Source of the DNA: Gammaproteobacteria bacterium
GTDB lineage: Bacteria > Pseudomonadota > Gammaproteobacteria > CAJXQU01
Reading direction: 5' to 3'
Assembly: GCA_965238175.1 (NCBI GenBank)
Contig: CBDEGZ010000003.1
Coordinates: 3,232,001 to 3,296,000 of the forward strand
DNA: 64,000 nucleotides
The notes under the pieces are model-generated. The model was not told the origin of the DNA. It made no database searches and saw nothing but the letters and a program-made list of their open reading frames with translations. The position numbers were made by a program, and so were the translations under genes. Shown here one piece after another: positions 53,984 through 64,000 of this stretch. Numbering within the stretch: the stretch's first letter is position 1; every line of letters begins with the position of its first letter.

Positions 53984-55813
53984 ATGAACACAGCTATGCC
54001 TACAGATAAAACACACGAAGCGATTGCTGCCCTCGGTTTTGGTCAGGCTGCGCAAGCACTTTCGGATAACTTCAAGCAATGCGAGACGATGCTTGAAGAT
54101 TATTCAGAAAAACTAAAAAACAGTGATTTTGATCCGCTCAACTTAGAAAATCTTTTCGCTGATTTCACAAAAAATCTGGCACAAGATCCATCTAAGCTGA
54201 TGGAAGCAAATATGCGTTTTTTTGCTGACTCTATGAAACTGTACCAAGAAATGTCTTCTCAGATGGAAAGCATTATTTCTGGAGAAGAACAATCTGCTGA
54301 TACTAAAAAAGATGATGTGGCATTTACGATTGAACCCGCTCCTGATGACAAGCGCTTTCGTCATGAAGCTTGGGAAAATCATCCTGTATTCAAACATATT
54401 CGTGATACTTATTTATTAACCTCGAAATGGATGAGAACTATAATCAGTGAAACCGAGGGGATGGACAAGAACACAGCGAAGAAACTGGAGTTTTTCACTG
54501 AACGCTACCTCGACGCACTCTCACCAACCAATTTCGCAGCGACCAATCCTGCCGTACTAGAACGAATGCTTGAGACCAAAGGTGCGAGTTTGGTTCGTGG
54601 TGCAAAAAATATGTTATCTGATATTGAGGCAGGTGAAGGCGAGCTAAAAATTAAAATGGCGGATGCAAATGCCTTTACGCTTGGGGAAAATATCGCAACA
54701 ACGCCAGGAAAAGTTATTTTCCAAAATCATATCCACCAACTGATTCAATACACACCGAGTACAAAAACTGTTTATAAAAAACCATTATTGATCGTTCCAC
54801 CTTGGATCAATAAATATTATATTCTTGATTTACAAGCAAATAATTCATATCTCAAGTGGTTAGTTGATCAAGGACATACTGTGTTTGTCATTTCCTGGAT
54901 TAACCCTGATGAATCTTATCGGAATACCGAGTTTTCAAACTATGTTGAAGAGGGTGTGCTGGCAGCACTTGATGCGATCAATAAGGCAACAGGAGAAACA
55001 CAAGTCAACGCGATTGGTTACTGTATTGGTGGTACTTTGCTTGCGGCAACATTAGCATACATGCAAGAGAAAAAAGACGAAAGGATATCCAGCGCAACTT
55101 TTCTAACCACAATGCTCGATTTTGAAGAACCTGGTGATTTGGGTGTTTTTCTCGGTGAAGAAGAAATCTCTTCTCTGGAAACAAAAATGAACGACCGTGG
55201 TTATCTTGATGGTTCTGAAATGTCTGGTACTTTCAATATGCTGCGTGCAAATGATCTGATCTGGTCTTTCTATATTAATAATTATCTTTTGGGAAATGAT
55301 GTAAGACCTTTTGATCTACTCTACTGGAATTCTGATTCAACAAGAATGCCGGCCAAAATGCATAGTTGGTATTTACGTAATATGTATTTGAATAATTTAC
55401 TCAAACAACCTGGAGCACTTGAAATCAATGGTGTCTCTATCGACTTAAACAAAGTCACAGTACCTGTTTGTTTTGTTTCTACCGTTGAAGATCACATCGC
55501 TCCCTGGAAATCAACTTATGCAGGAACCACACTCTTTGGTGGATCAAAAAGATTTATACTCGGCGGATCAGGACACATTGCCGGCATTATTAATCCCCCT
55601 GCCGCAAACAAATATGATTACCGCGTAAGCAGCAAACCACCCGTAGATCCAGACAAATGGTTTGAGAAAGCCGAAGTGCATGCCGGTTCATGGTGGCCAG
55701 AATGGGAAAAATGGGTCAAAGCGAAAGCGGGTAAAAAGGTCTCCGCCAGAACTCCGGGAGAAGGAGATCTTGGTATCATTGAGGACGCACCTGGTACTTA
55801 TGTTAGTCAATAA
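53984..55813 (+). CDS. phaC: Class I PHA synthase
   Basis: DKRF, LSPTNF, VPPWINKYYILDL, GYCIGG (catalytic Cys), FDLLYWNSD, EDHI, SGHIAG and GSWWP. Confidence 0.97.
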   Translation: MNTAMPTDKTHEAIAALGFGQAAQALSDNFKQCETMLEDYSEKLKNSDFDPLNLENLFADFTKNLAQDPSKLMEANMRFFADSMKLYQEMSSQMESIISGEEQSADTKKDDVAFTIEPAPDDKRFRHEAWENHPVFKHIRDTYLLTSKWMRTIISETEGMDKNTAKKLEFFTERYLDALSPTNFAATNPAVLERMLETKGASLVRGAKNMLSDIEAGEGELKIKMADANAFTLGENIATTPGKVIFQNHIHQLIQYTPSTKTVYKKPLLIVPPWINKYYILDLQANNSYLKWLVDQGHTVFVISWINPDESYRNTEFSNYVEEGVLAALDAINKATGETQVNAIGYCIGGTLLAATLAYMQEKKDERISSATFLTTMLDFEEPGDLGVFLGEEEISSLETKMNDRGYLDGSEMSGTFNMLRANDLIWSFYINNYLLGNDVRPFDLLYWNSDSTRMPAKMHSWYLRNMYLNNLLKQPGALEINGVSIDLNKVTVPVCFVSTVEDHIAPWKSTYAGTTLFGGSKRFILGGSGHIAGIINPPAANKYDYRVSSKPPVDPDKWFEKAEVHAGSWWPEWEKWVKAKAGKKVSARTPGEGDLGIIEDAPGTYVSQ

Positions 55814-55998
55814 GCTCGCGAAATACATAACAAAAAATAAGTGTCTAAATTTAAATAGAGATTTTTAGCAATACCGACTTGCTATTAAACATAATTTCGA
55901 TAACAAATAGTTGCTGCACTCCTAATATAAAACTGATATAAAGAACTTGTATTAATTTAATTCATGCAAGCTTTTTTCGTATTATAAGGAGAACAATT

Positions 55999-56721
55999 AT
56001 GTCTAGATGTGCGATTGTTACAGGAGGCACTCGAGGAATAGGGGAAGGTATTTCTACTGAACTTAAAAATCGAGGTTACAAGGTCGCTGCAACCTATGCA
56101 GGTAACGACGATGCTGCAAAAGAGTTTACTGATAGAACCGGAATAGCAACCTATAAGTTTGACGTTAGTAACTTTGATGCATGTGCAACGGCTGTTGAAC
56201 AAATTGAAAATGATCTTGGATCTGTAGATGTACTAATCAACAATGCGGGAATTACACGCGATTCCACAATGCACAAAATGGACACCTCCAAGTGGGAAGA
56301 TGTTATTAACACAAATCTGAGTTCATGTTTTAACATGTGTCGCACAGTGATCGAAGGAATGCGTGACAGGAAATTTGGACGTATCGTTAATATTGGTTCT
56401 GTCAATGGTCGTGCTGGACAATACGGTCAGGTCAATTATGCTGCCGCCAAATCAGGCATCCATGGCTTCACAAAAGCACTAGCAAGAGAAGGGGCTGCTG
56501 TAAATGTCACTGTCAATGCGATTGCACCGGGTTATGTTGAAACGGATATGGTTCGTGCTGTACCAGAAAAGGTATTAGAGAAGATTATTACTACCATCCC
56601 TGTTGGTAGACTCGGACAGCCACAAGATATTTCACGTGCAGTGATGTTTCTTGTGGAGGATGAAGCTGGCTTCATTACTGGATCGACTATAGATATTAAT
56701 GGCGGTCAACACATGTTCTGA
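55999..56721 (+). CDS. phaB: Acetoacetyl-CoA reductase, copy 1
   Basis: TGGTRGIG, NNAGITRD, GQYGQVNYAAAK and NGGQHM. Confidence 0.93.
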   Translation: MSRCAIVTGGTRGIGEGISTELKNRGYKVAATYAGNDDAAKEFTDRTGIATYKFDVSNFDACATAVEQIENDLGSVDVLINNAGITRDSTMHKMDTSKWEDVINTNLSSCFNMCRTVIEGMRDRKFGRIVNIGSVNGRAGQYGQVNYAAAKSGIHGFTKALAREGAAVNVTVNAIAPGYVETDMVRAVPEKVLEKIITTIPVGRLGQPQDISRAVMFLVEDEAGFITGSTIDINGGQHMF

Positions 56722-56840
56722 TCATCTTCACATTGTTTTATCTTTACAAAAACAATTTTTATTAATCGGCAATCCATGCGGATTTTATGTAACGTCTAAT
56801 TAAACTAAAACCTTGTTAATTTTAGCTATACGGAGGCAGC

Positions 56841-57308
56841 TTGAGAATAATTAAAAAGTATCCAAACCGGCGCTTATACGATACTGAAGAGAGTAAATAT
56901 ATAACCTTGGCGCGCGTCGCCGAATATGCAAAAGCTGGAGAACAAATTAAAGTCATAGATACAGAGACAAAAGGTGATATAACTCGCGGCGTTTTACTTC
57001 AAATTATTCTAGAACAAGAAACTTCTGATCAAGCCATGTTTTCTGTTGACTCACTATCCGAAATAGTGGGTTATTACGGTAATACTATGCCCAGCCTGTT
57101 CAATGAATATTTTCAACAAAGTCTCAAAGCATTTTCAGAAAGTCAAACTCAATTACAAAACCAGTTTAATGCAGACTCGATGAAAATTTTTGAGGACATG
57201 GCAAAAGATAATTTGGACATGTGGACAAACGTTCAAGACAATTTTCTTAAAATGGCAGGGCTTAACCCAATCTCTCCAGACAAAGAAGCTGATGGAAAGG
57301 AGGATTAG
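56841..57308 (+). CDS. phaR: PHA synthesis repressor
   Basis: IIKKYPNRRLYDT..YITL and DITRGVLLQIILEQE. TTG start with GGAGG SD. Confidence 0.94.
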   Translation: MRIIKKYPNRRLYDTEESKYITLARVAEYAKAGEQIKVIDTETKGDITRGVLLQIILEQETSDQAMFSVDSLSEIVGYYGNTMPSLFNEYFQQSLKAFSESQTQLQNQFNADSMKIFEDMAKDNLDMWTNVQDNFLKMAGLNPISPDKEADGKED

Positions 57309-57322
57309 CACCAAAAAAGTAC

Positions 57323-57377
57323 TTGACATAATTCCTTGAACTGCTATTGTGCAGTGCAGCATTTGTGCATTGCACAA
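57323..57377 (+). promoter_or_regulatory. Promoter of phaB2-bktB overlapped by two PhaR-type boxes
   Basis: TTGACA-N16-TATTGT with extended TG. TGTGCAGTGCAGCA at 57348-57361 and TTGTGCATTGCACAA at 57363-57377. Confidence 0.7.
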
Positions 57378-57413
57378 TTTAATAGTGATACTAACTACAA
57401 GGAATTATGTTAC

Positions 57414-58163
57414 ATGACTAAACAGAGAATTGCCCTGATTACAGGTGGTGTTGGTGGTATTGGAACAGCAATTTGCTATCAACTAACACAACAAAATGTA
57501 CACGTTTTTGCAAACTATTATCCCTCAGAAGCAGATCTGGCCAAGACCTGGCAAGAGGATCAAAAAAAGAGGGGAGTGAATATCGACCTGATAGGAGCAG
57601 ATGTTGCTTCTTATACCGATTGCGAAAAAATGGTTGAGACTATTGAGGCCAAAATCGGCACTATTGATATACTAGTGAACGCAGCAGGTATAACGCGTGA
57701 TAAAACCATACGCAAAATGGATCCTGTTGACTGGAATGCGGTTATCGACACGAATCTCAACAGCGTCTTCAACGTTTCAAAACAAATCTTTCCAGGCATG
57801 ACAGAGCGTGGATTTGGTCGAATAATCAACATTTCGTCTGTAAATGGACAACGTGGCCAATTTGGCCAAACCAACTATTCAGCTGCTAAAGCTGGTATGC
57901 ATGGTTTTACAATGGCGCTTGCCCAAGAAGGTGCAGCAAAAGGCGTTTGTGTAAACACCATTTCACCAGGCTATATCTCAACGCCGATGACTCAAGCGAT
58001 GTCATCTAAAATCCGCGATCAAATTGTCTCAGGAATTCCAGCTCGTAAAATGGGTCAACCGGAAGATATTGCTAATTTAGTATGCTTTTTAGCTAGCGAC
58101 AATAGTAGTTACATCACAGGAGCGAATATACCCGTCAATGGTGGTCTATTCATGAGCTTCTAG
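57414..58163 (+). CDS. phaB: Acetoacetyl-CoA reductase, copy 2
   Basis: RIALITGGVGGIGTAIC, AGITRD, SSVNGQRGQFGQTNYSAAKAGMHGFT and NGGL. Confidence 0.93.
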   Translation: MTKQRIALITGGVGGIGTAICYQLTQQNVHVFANYYPSEADLAKTWQEDQKKRGVNIDLIGADVASYTDCEKMVETIEAKIGTIDILVNAAGITRDKTIRKMDPVDWNAVIDTNLNSVFNVSKQIFPGMTERGFGRIINISSVNGQRGQFGQTNYSAAKAGMHGFTMALAQEGAAKGVCVNTISPGYISTPMTQAMSSKIRDQIVSGIPARKMGQPEDIANLVCFLASDNSSYITGANIPVNGGLFMSF

Positions 58164-58207
58164 TTTTAAATACCTTAAACTTATAAACAAAAAAAACGAG
58201 GCCAAAT

Positions 58208-59398
58208 ATGTCAAATTCAAGAGAAGTCGTTATTGTAAATGGAGTAAGAACTGCTATAGGAGGATTCGGAGGGTCACTGAAGGATCAGGCTCCCGGCGAT
58301 CTTGCTGCAAAAGTCATCGCTGAGGCAATCAGCAGATCTGATGTTGAATCAAAAGACGTTGGCGCATGTGTTTTAGGCAATGTAATACATACAGAAACGC
58401 GCGATATGTATATCTCAAGATATGCATCAATTAAAGGTGGTTTACCCCATTCAAGTCAAGCAATGACCTTAAACCGGCTTTGCGGTAGTGGACTACAGGC
58501 AATAGTATCAGCATCCCAACAAATCATGCTTGGTGATACCGATGCAGCCGTCGCCGGTGGTGTCGAGGTTATGAGTCGTGGTGGTTATTTATCACCATCC
58601 GCCCGTTGGGGACAAAAAATGGGTAATTTCGAAACAATGGACATGATGGTGGGTGCATTAACAGATCCCTTTGACAGTGTTCACATGGGTATAACCGCAG
58701 AAAACATTGCAAGCAAATGGAATATAAGTCGTGAAGATCAAGATGCCCTCGCGGTTGAAAGCCATCAAAAAGCAGCTAAATCGACAGAAGCTGGCTATTT
58801 TAAGGATCAAATTTTACCTATCGAATTAAAGTCCCGTAAAGGAACCACAGTATTTGATACAGATGAACATATTCGTGGGGATGCTAGCGTTGAAGGTATG
58901 GCAAAACTTCGTGCCGTATTTAAATCCGATGGTTCAGTCACTGCAGGTAATGCATCCGGCATTAACGATGGTGCAGCTGCAGTTGTGCTTATGGACACCG
59001 ACACCGCCGAACAAAAAGGTCTTGAACCAATGGCTCGATTGGTCGGTTACGCATTAGCAGGTGTTGACCCAGAGTATATGGGGATAGGTCCGGTGCCGGC
59101 AATCAAAAATGTGCTAACCCGCACAGGTTTAAAAATTGAAGATATGGATATAATCGAATTAAATGAGGCATTTGCTGCACAAGCGATCGCATGTGTCCGA
59201 GATTTAGATCTTGATCCAACGAAAGTAAATCCAAATGGTTCAGGGATCGGGTTAGGTCATCCAATTGGAGCTACAGGTGCTATTCTGACAGTAAAACTAA
59301 TCCATGAATTAAAACGAACAGGTGGTCAGTTTGGACTGGTAAGTATGTGCATTGGTGGTGGCCAGGGTATCGCTGCTATTTTTGAAAGAATGTCATAA
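58208..59398 (+). CDS. bktB: Beta-ketothiolase, BktB type
   Basis: GNVIHTETRDMYISR and NRLCGSGLQAIVSA (BktB-like), NEAFAAQ, GHPIGATG and MCIGGGQG. Confidence 0.85.
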   Translation: MSNSREVVIVNGVRTAIGGFGGSLKDQAPGDLAAKVIAEAISRSDVESKDVGACVLGNVIHTETRDMYISRYASIKGGLPHSSQAMTLNRLCGSGLQAIVSASQQIMLGDTDAAVAGGVEVMSRGGYLSPSARWGQKMGNFETMDMMVGALTDPFDSVHMGITAENIASKWNISREDQDALAVESHQKAAKSTEAGYFKDQILPIELKSRKGTTVFDTDEHIRGDASVEGMAKLRAVFKSDGSVTAGNASGINDGAAAVVLMDTDTAEQKGLEPMARLVGYALAGVDPEYMGIGPVPAIKNVLTRTGLKIEDMDIIELNEAFAAQAIACVRDLDLDPTKVNPNGSGIGLGHPIGATGAILTVKLIHELKRTGGQFGLVSMCIGGGQGIAAIFERMS

Positions 59399-59438
59399 AT
59401 TTGTTGACCTCGTTGGGTGTGGCCTACCCAGCATTATG

Positions 59439-59471
59439 GGCGATAGTTGTCAATAACTATCGCTCTTTTTT
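59439..59471 (+). terminator. Intrinsic terminator closing the PHA cluster
   Basis: GCGATAGTT-GTCAAT-AACTATCGC-TCTTTTTT. Confidence 0.85.
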
Positions 59472-59541
59472 CATTACATATTCCCTCTTACTAATCAATT
59501 GAAGGACGAGTGGTTTGACGAAAAACCCTCGAACTTGTAAC

Positions 59542-59570
59542 TTGGATATAAAATAATATATTGGTATACT
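59542..59570 (+). promoter_or_regulatory. Sigma70 promoter of rpoZ-spoT
   Basis: TTGGAT-N17-TATACT with extended -10 TG. Confidence 0.6.
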
Positions 59571-59608
59571 TATCTGCTGTTTTATGTCTTTTTCATGAGG
59601 AAACCCTA

Positions 59609-59896
59609 ATGGCTCGAGTTACTATTGAAGATTGTTTACCGCTTGTTGGCAACCGTTTTGACCTTGTTTTACTAGCCAGTAAACGCGCTCGACAGATCGC
59701 CATGGGTTCTCCCACTTTAATTGACGAAGAAAAGGATAAACCAACTGTTATCGCCTTGCGCGAAATTGCGGCTGGATTGATCAACATGGAAAAAGTCGAT
59801 GCTATCGATGCAAAAGAGAAACTAGACGAAGAAATGGAAGCTCTTGGAGAAGAAGCGGAAGCATTATTTCCTACCGAGGAAAATAATCCTCGTTGA
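59609..59896 (+). CDS. rpoZ: RNA polymerase omega subunit
   Basis: [24 protein letters not shown] and [17 protein letters not shown]. Confidence 0.97.
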   Translation: MARVTIEDCLPLVGNRFDLVLLASKRARQIAMGSPTLIDEEKDKPTVIALREIAAGLINMEKVDAIDAKEKLDEEMEALGEEAEALFPTEENNPR

Positions 59897-59955
59897 TTTC
59901 CAAAAATCGAACATTGGATGTTCAGTAACACTCAACTCTAGGTTATGCTCTGGTC

Positions 59956-62079
59956 ATGTACGGAATCAATGACCTTTGCGAATTATCCGCAACTTATCTC
60001 AAACCTGAACAAGTAGAAACTATACGTCGCTCGTATGAATACGGGGCGGCTGCACATGAAGGCCAGGCACGTGCAAGTGGTGAGCCCTATATTCAACACC
60101 CTTTACATGTGTCGACGATACTCGCAAATATGCATATGGATCATGAAACATTGATCGCCGCAATATTGCATGATGTACTCGAAGATACCTCCATATCAAA
60201 AGAAGATTTAAGTACCGAGTTTGGATCAGAGGTTGCGGAAATTGTCGACGGTGTTAGCAAGTTAACCCATCTTGAATTCGAAAGTCAGGCAGAAAAACAA
60301 GCTGAAAACTTCCGAAAAATGATGATGGCAATGTCGAGTGATATTCGCGTCATTTTAGTTAAGTTAGCTGATCGAACACATAACATGCAGACGTTAAAAG
60401 CGTTGAGTTATGAAAAACGTCGTAGAATCGCCAAAGAAACACTAGATATCTATGCCCCAATCGCACAACGACTTGGAATGAACAACGTAAGGTTAGAGCT
60501 TGAAGAGCTTGGTTTTTCAACTCTCTACCCGAAGCGTTATGAGGTCCTCACTAAGGAGATAAAAAAAGCACGGGGTAATCGCAAAGAAATCGTCAAAAAA
60601 AATAAAAATGCCATACAGCGCCGCTTACGACAGGAAAAACTTTCAGGCGAAGTTTTGGGTCGAGAAAAGCATGTTTATAGTTTGTACAAAAAAATGCGCG
60701 ATAACCATCTTTCCTTTAATGAAGTATTCGATGTTTATGGTTTTCGTATCATCGTTGATAGTGTTGATATGTGCTATCGAATTTTAGGCGCAGTTCACAA
60801 CTTATTTAAACCGGTTCCCGGAAAGTTTAAAGACTATATTGCCATTCCTAAATCTAATGGCTATCAATCTTTACATACCGTTCTATTCGGCCCACACGCC
60901 GTTCCAATTGAAGTTCAAATCCGCACACAAGAAATGAATGATGTTGCCAAAGTCGGTATCGCTGCACATTGGCTATACAAAACCAGTGGCAGTGCAGCAA
61001 ACAATGCCAATAAACGTGCTCGTGACTGGTTAAAACGCATTTTAGAAATGCAACAGCAGGCTGGTGATTCAGAAGAGTTTCTCGAGAATGTGAAAGTTGA
61101 TCTATTTCCAGACGAGATATATGTGTTTACACCTGCGGGGGAAATTCTTGAACTCCCACGCGGAGCCACAGCTGTAGATTTTGCTTATGCCATACATACT
61201 GATATTGGAGATGGTTGTGTAACAGCAAGAATCAACCGACGTTTGGCACCTTTGAAAGCCGAACTTGAAACAGGACAAACAGTTGAGATTGTCACCGCTC
61301 CTGGAGCCAAACCAAACCCTGCCTGGCTAAACTTTGTTGTGACAGCAAAGGCACGTTCACAAATTCGTCATTTTTTGAAAAATCTCAAAGACGACGAAGC
61401 TAAATCACTTGGTCAACGCATGCTTAATCGTGAATTAGAGCGTTTCGATACTGAATTTGATCAAATTCCAAAAACAAGACTAAACAATGTTTTAGAAGAA
61501 TTTAGTTTAGAATTAACAGATGACTTATTAATCCAAATTGGCCTAGGAAATCGATTGGCTATAATTGTCGCACAACACTTGGTTCCCGACAGTGCACCGA
61601 AAAAAACGAAAAGTGAAAAAGAAAATAAACTACCACTTGCCATCAAAGGTACTGAAGGCATGGTCCTTACTTTTCCGAAATGTTGTTACCCATTGCCCGG
61701 TGACGAAATCCTCGCTTATGTGTCAGCAGGTAGAGGGATCGTGATACATAGGAAAGCATGCAGCAATGTCGCTGAGTTCCGTAATCACCCAGAAAAATGG
61801 GTTGACGTTCATTGGGAAGATCAAGTCGATGGTGAGTATCGCGCTGAAATCCGGATCGAAAATTCAAATCAGCGAGGAGCCTTAGCGACCATCGCGTCTG
61901 CTATTTCTGGACAAAATGCAAGTATCGAAGATGTCACTATGTCAGACGGTGATGGAAAATACGTTGGAATTACATTCATCATTACCGTTAAGGGCAGGCA
62001 TCATCTTGCACAAGTGATCAAAGCAGTGCGCCCGCTTAAATCTGTTTCAAGAGTTTATCGCTCAGGTTGGTCAGGATAG
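59956..62079 (+). CDS. spoT: Bifunctional (p)ppGpp synthetase/hydrolase
   Basis: SGEPYIQHP, intact LHDVLED, KLADRTHNM, KDYIAIPKSNGYQSLHT, TGS and ACT domains. Confidence 0.97.
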   Translation: MYGINDLCELSATYLKPEQVETIRRSYEYGAAAHEGQARASGEPYIQHPLHVSTILANMHMDHETLIAAILHDVLEDTSISKEDLSTEFGSEVAEIVDGVSKLTHLEFESQAEKQAENFRKMMMAMSSDIRVILVKLADRTHNMQTLKALSYEKRRRIAKETLDIYAPIAQRLGMNNVRLELEELGFSTLYPKRYEVLTKEIKKARGNRKEIVKKNKNAIQRRLRQEKLSGEVLGREKHVYSLYKKMRDNHLSFNEVFDVYGFRIIVDSVDMCYRILGAVHNLFKPVPGKFKDYIAIPKSNGYQSLHTVLFGPHAVPIEVQIRTQEMNDVAKVGIAAHWLYKTSGSAANNANKRARDWLKRILEMQQQAGDSEEFLENVKVDLFPDEIYVFTPAGEILELPRGATAVDFAYAIHTDIGDGCVTARINRRLAPLKAELETGQTVEIVTAPGAKPNPAWLNFVVTAKARSQIRHFLKNLKDDEAKSLGQRMLNRELERFDTEFDQIPKTRLNNVLEEFSLELTDDLLIQIGLGNRLAIIVAQHLVPDSAPKKTKSEKENKLPLAIKGTEGMVLTFPKCCYPLPGDEILAYVSAGRGIVIHRKACSNVAEFRNHPEKWVDVHWEDQVDGEYRAEIRIENSNQRGALATIASAISGQNASIEDVTMSDGDGKYVGITFIITVKGRHHLAQVIKAVRPLKSVSRVYRSGWSG

Positions 62080-62090
62080 GAAAATACTGT

Positions 62091-62855
62091 TTATTGTTTT
62101 ATCCCTGCCCCCTTGTTCAGAACCCACATTGCTATGTAAGTAAGCACCGTAATAAAAATTCCGATCACCACAAAAGCCGTTACGATTCCTATGTCGGAGC
62201 TACCAAGAATTCCGTAACGAAACGCGTTAACCATATACAAAATGGGATTAGCTAAAGAGGCCTGCCGCCAGAAATCAGGTAATAAATTAATAGAGTAAAA
62301 TACACCACCTAAATACGTCAGTGGTGTAAGGATAAAAACAGGAATGATTGATACATCATCAAAACTCTTAGCATATGCCCCATTAATCAGCCCTCCTAAT
62401 GCAAACAAAATTGAGGTGCAAAGGACGGTCAGGATGGTAATGAAAATAGAATGGATATGAAGTTGAGTGAAAAATAAAGCAACGCAAGTGACGACTAAAC
62501 CCACCATCAAACCGCGACTAACACCACCCGTAATATAACCCGCTAAAATGACCCAATTAGGCACGGGTGCGACCAACATCTCTTCTAGATGTTTCTGAAA
62601 TTTAGAACTGTAAAAAGATGAAACGACATTTGAGTAAGAATTCGTGATTACAGACATCATAATGATGCCAGGTGCGATGTATTGCATATAACTAACCCCG
62701 CCCATTTCACCAATACGCGCCCCGATCAAATTTCCAAAGATCAAAAAATACAACGTCATCGTGACTGCAGGTGGCAAGATCGTTTGAGGCCAAATCCGTA
62801 AAAATCGCGAAACTTCCTTATAAACAATCGTCTTGTAGGCAATCCAATATTTCAC
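62091..62855 (-). CDS. yadH: ABC-2 transporter permease
   Basis: RFLRIWPQTILPP, YSNVVSSF, PLTYLGGVFYS and YMVNAFRYG. Confidence 0.9.
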   Translation of the reverse strand: MKYWIAYKTIVYKEVSRFLRIWPQTILPPAVTMTLYFLIFGNLIGARIGEMGGVSYMQYIAPGIIMMSVITNSYSNVVSSFYSSKFQKHLEEMLVAPVPNWVILAGYITGGVSRGLMVGLVVTCVALFFTQLHIHSIFITILTVLCTSILFALGGLINGAYAKSFDDVSIIPVFILTPLTYLGGVFYSINLLPDFWRQASLANPILYMVNAFRYGILGSSDIGIVTAFVVIGIFITVLTYIAMWVLNKGAGIKQ

Positions 62856-62856
62856 G

Positions 62857-63768
62857 CTAGCCCTTCTCCAATAAACGCAAAAACAATTCTTCGAGGCGAT
62901 TCGATTTATTCCTCATACTGCTGATCTCAATTCCAAGATCTGTCAGGTGATAAAATAATTTGTTGATCGACTGATGCTTTTCTATTTCCACTTCCATTGT
63001 GACCTCATCGCAGAGTTTAATTTGATAGCCTTCAATTTTGGGTAACTCCTTAAGCGCTGATACAACATCAAGTACGATCGTTTCGACATGAAGTTGTCCG
63101 AGTAGCGACTTCATCGATGTGTTTTTAATAATCGAACCTTGATCAATAATTGCGATATTACGACAGAGGCTTTCCGCCTCCTCAAGATAATGAGTCGTCA
63201 AAATTATCGTAATTCCTTGAGCGTTAATTTCTTGCAAAAAATCCCACATTGAGCGACGCAACTCAATATCAACACCAGCGGTTGGTTCATCAAGAATAAG
63301 TAATTTAGGCTTGTGGACTAGCGCTCTTGCGATCATTAATCGACGTTTCATACCGCCTGATAAAGTTCGAGCGGCATCGTGGCGTTTTTCCCATAAACCG
63401 AGCTGTTTGAGATATTTTTCCGCACGTTGTAACGCAAGTGGACGCTCAATGCCATAAAAACCACCTTGATTAACCACAATTTGTTCGGGCGTTTCAAACT
63501 GGGAAAAATTGATCTCCTGTGGGACAAGACCAATAAACGATTTAGCTGTCTCTATATCCTGATCAATTTTGATACCGAAAATCTCTACCTCCCCTTCTGT
63601 CTTATTTACCAATGATGAAACTATTCCAATAAGGGTCGATTTACCTGCACCATTGGGACCTAAAAGCGCAAAAAAATCGCCCTCTTCTACACTTAGGTCA
63701 ATTCCCTTAAGTGCTTCAAAACCATTCATGTAGGTCTTTTTCAGATTAGTAAGCTTTAGTGCCTTCAT
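62857..63768 (-). CDS. yadG: ABC transporter ATP-binding protein
   Basis: GPNGAGKST, LSGGMKRR, LDEPTAGVD and NRLEELF. Confidence 0.9.
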   Translation of the reverse strand: MKALKLTNLKKTYMNGFEALKGIDLSVEEGDFFALLGPNGAGKSTLIGIVSSLVNKTEGEVEIFGIKIDQDIETAKSFIGLVPQEINFSQFETPEQIVVNQGGFYGIERPLALQRAEKYLKQLGLWEKRHDAARTLSGGMKRRLMIARALVHKPKLLILDEPTAGVDIELRRSMWDFLQEINAQGITIILTTHYLEEAESLCRNIAIIDQGSIIKNTSMKSLLGQLHVETIVLDVVSALKELPKIEGYQIKLCDEVTMEVEIEKHQSINKLFYHLTDLGIEISSMRNKSNRLEELFLRLLEKG

Positions 63769-63856
63769 TGATTTGAGGTTTAGTTTTCTCGTTCTGTCAA
63801 AACGTGGAATTGTACTATATGATCATCCCCCTCTCGCCAAAAAATAATTTTTATAA

Positions 63857-64000
63857 ATGGAACATAATCTCAATCTGCTACTGATATTGATTGCTGTGCT
63901 CGGTATCAGTGTTCAATGGATTGCATGGCGATTCAAAATTCCGGCAATTATTTTATTAACGATTGCGGGTTTAATTGTTGGACCAGGTTTAGGTTTGTTG
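63857..64000 (+). CDS. Cation:proton antiporter (CPA1/NhaP-like), 3' truncated by window edge
   Basis: Hand translation MEHNLNLLLILIAVLGISVQWIAWRFKIPAIILLTIAGLIVGPGLGLL. Confidence 0.7.
   Translation, partial: MEHNLNLLLILIAVLGISVQWIAWRFKIPAIILLTIAGLIVGPGLGLL

Overview
AT-rich gammaproteobacterial chromosome segment, mostly core genes. In order: ATP-dependent DNA ligase (5' partial), a molybdopterin oxidoreductase, two unknown tandem paralogs behind rnpB, rsmI/lpoA-yraN-gmhA-dolP, petABC-sspAB, pdxB-mlaC-ibaG-murA-hisGDC, a Spy/CpxP-like gene facing baeSR, an acyltransferase and catalase-like pair split by a MITE, an HhH plus Ig/OmpA membrane pair, ilvIHC-pssA-leuA-udg-rimI-cysM, proS, a three-gene signalling module, yihY/arsC/wrbA, an IS3 remnant, hda, purM-yicC-gmk, a 7-gene PHA cluster between gmk and rpoZ-spoT, yadGH and a partial antiporter. 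No CRISPR array, rRNA, tRNA or prophage was seen. Best leads: (1) a family-4 uracil-DNA glycosylase carrying a DNA Pol III psi-like N-terminal peptide in the holD position before rimI; (2) a two-gene trans-envelope module (cytoplasmic tandem HhH protein plus periplasmic 4xIg-OmpA protein), each with a single membrane-proximal Cys; (3) an unannotated Leu-rich leader peptide whose Leu codons are also the anti-Shine-Dalgarno of leuA; (4) a CpxQ-like 3'UTR sRNA candidate. All family calls come from motif recognition by eye; no searches were run.
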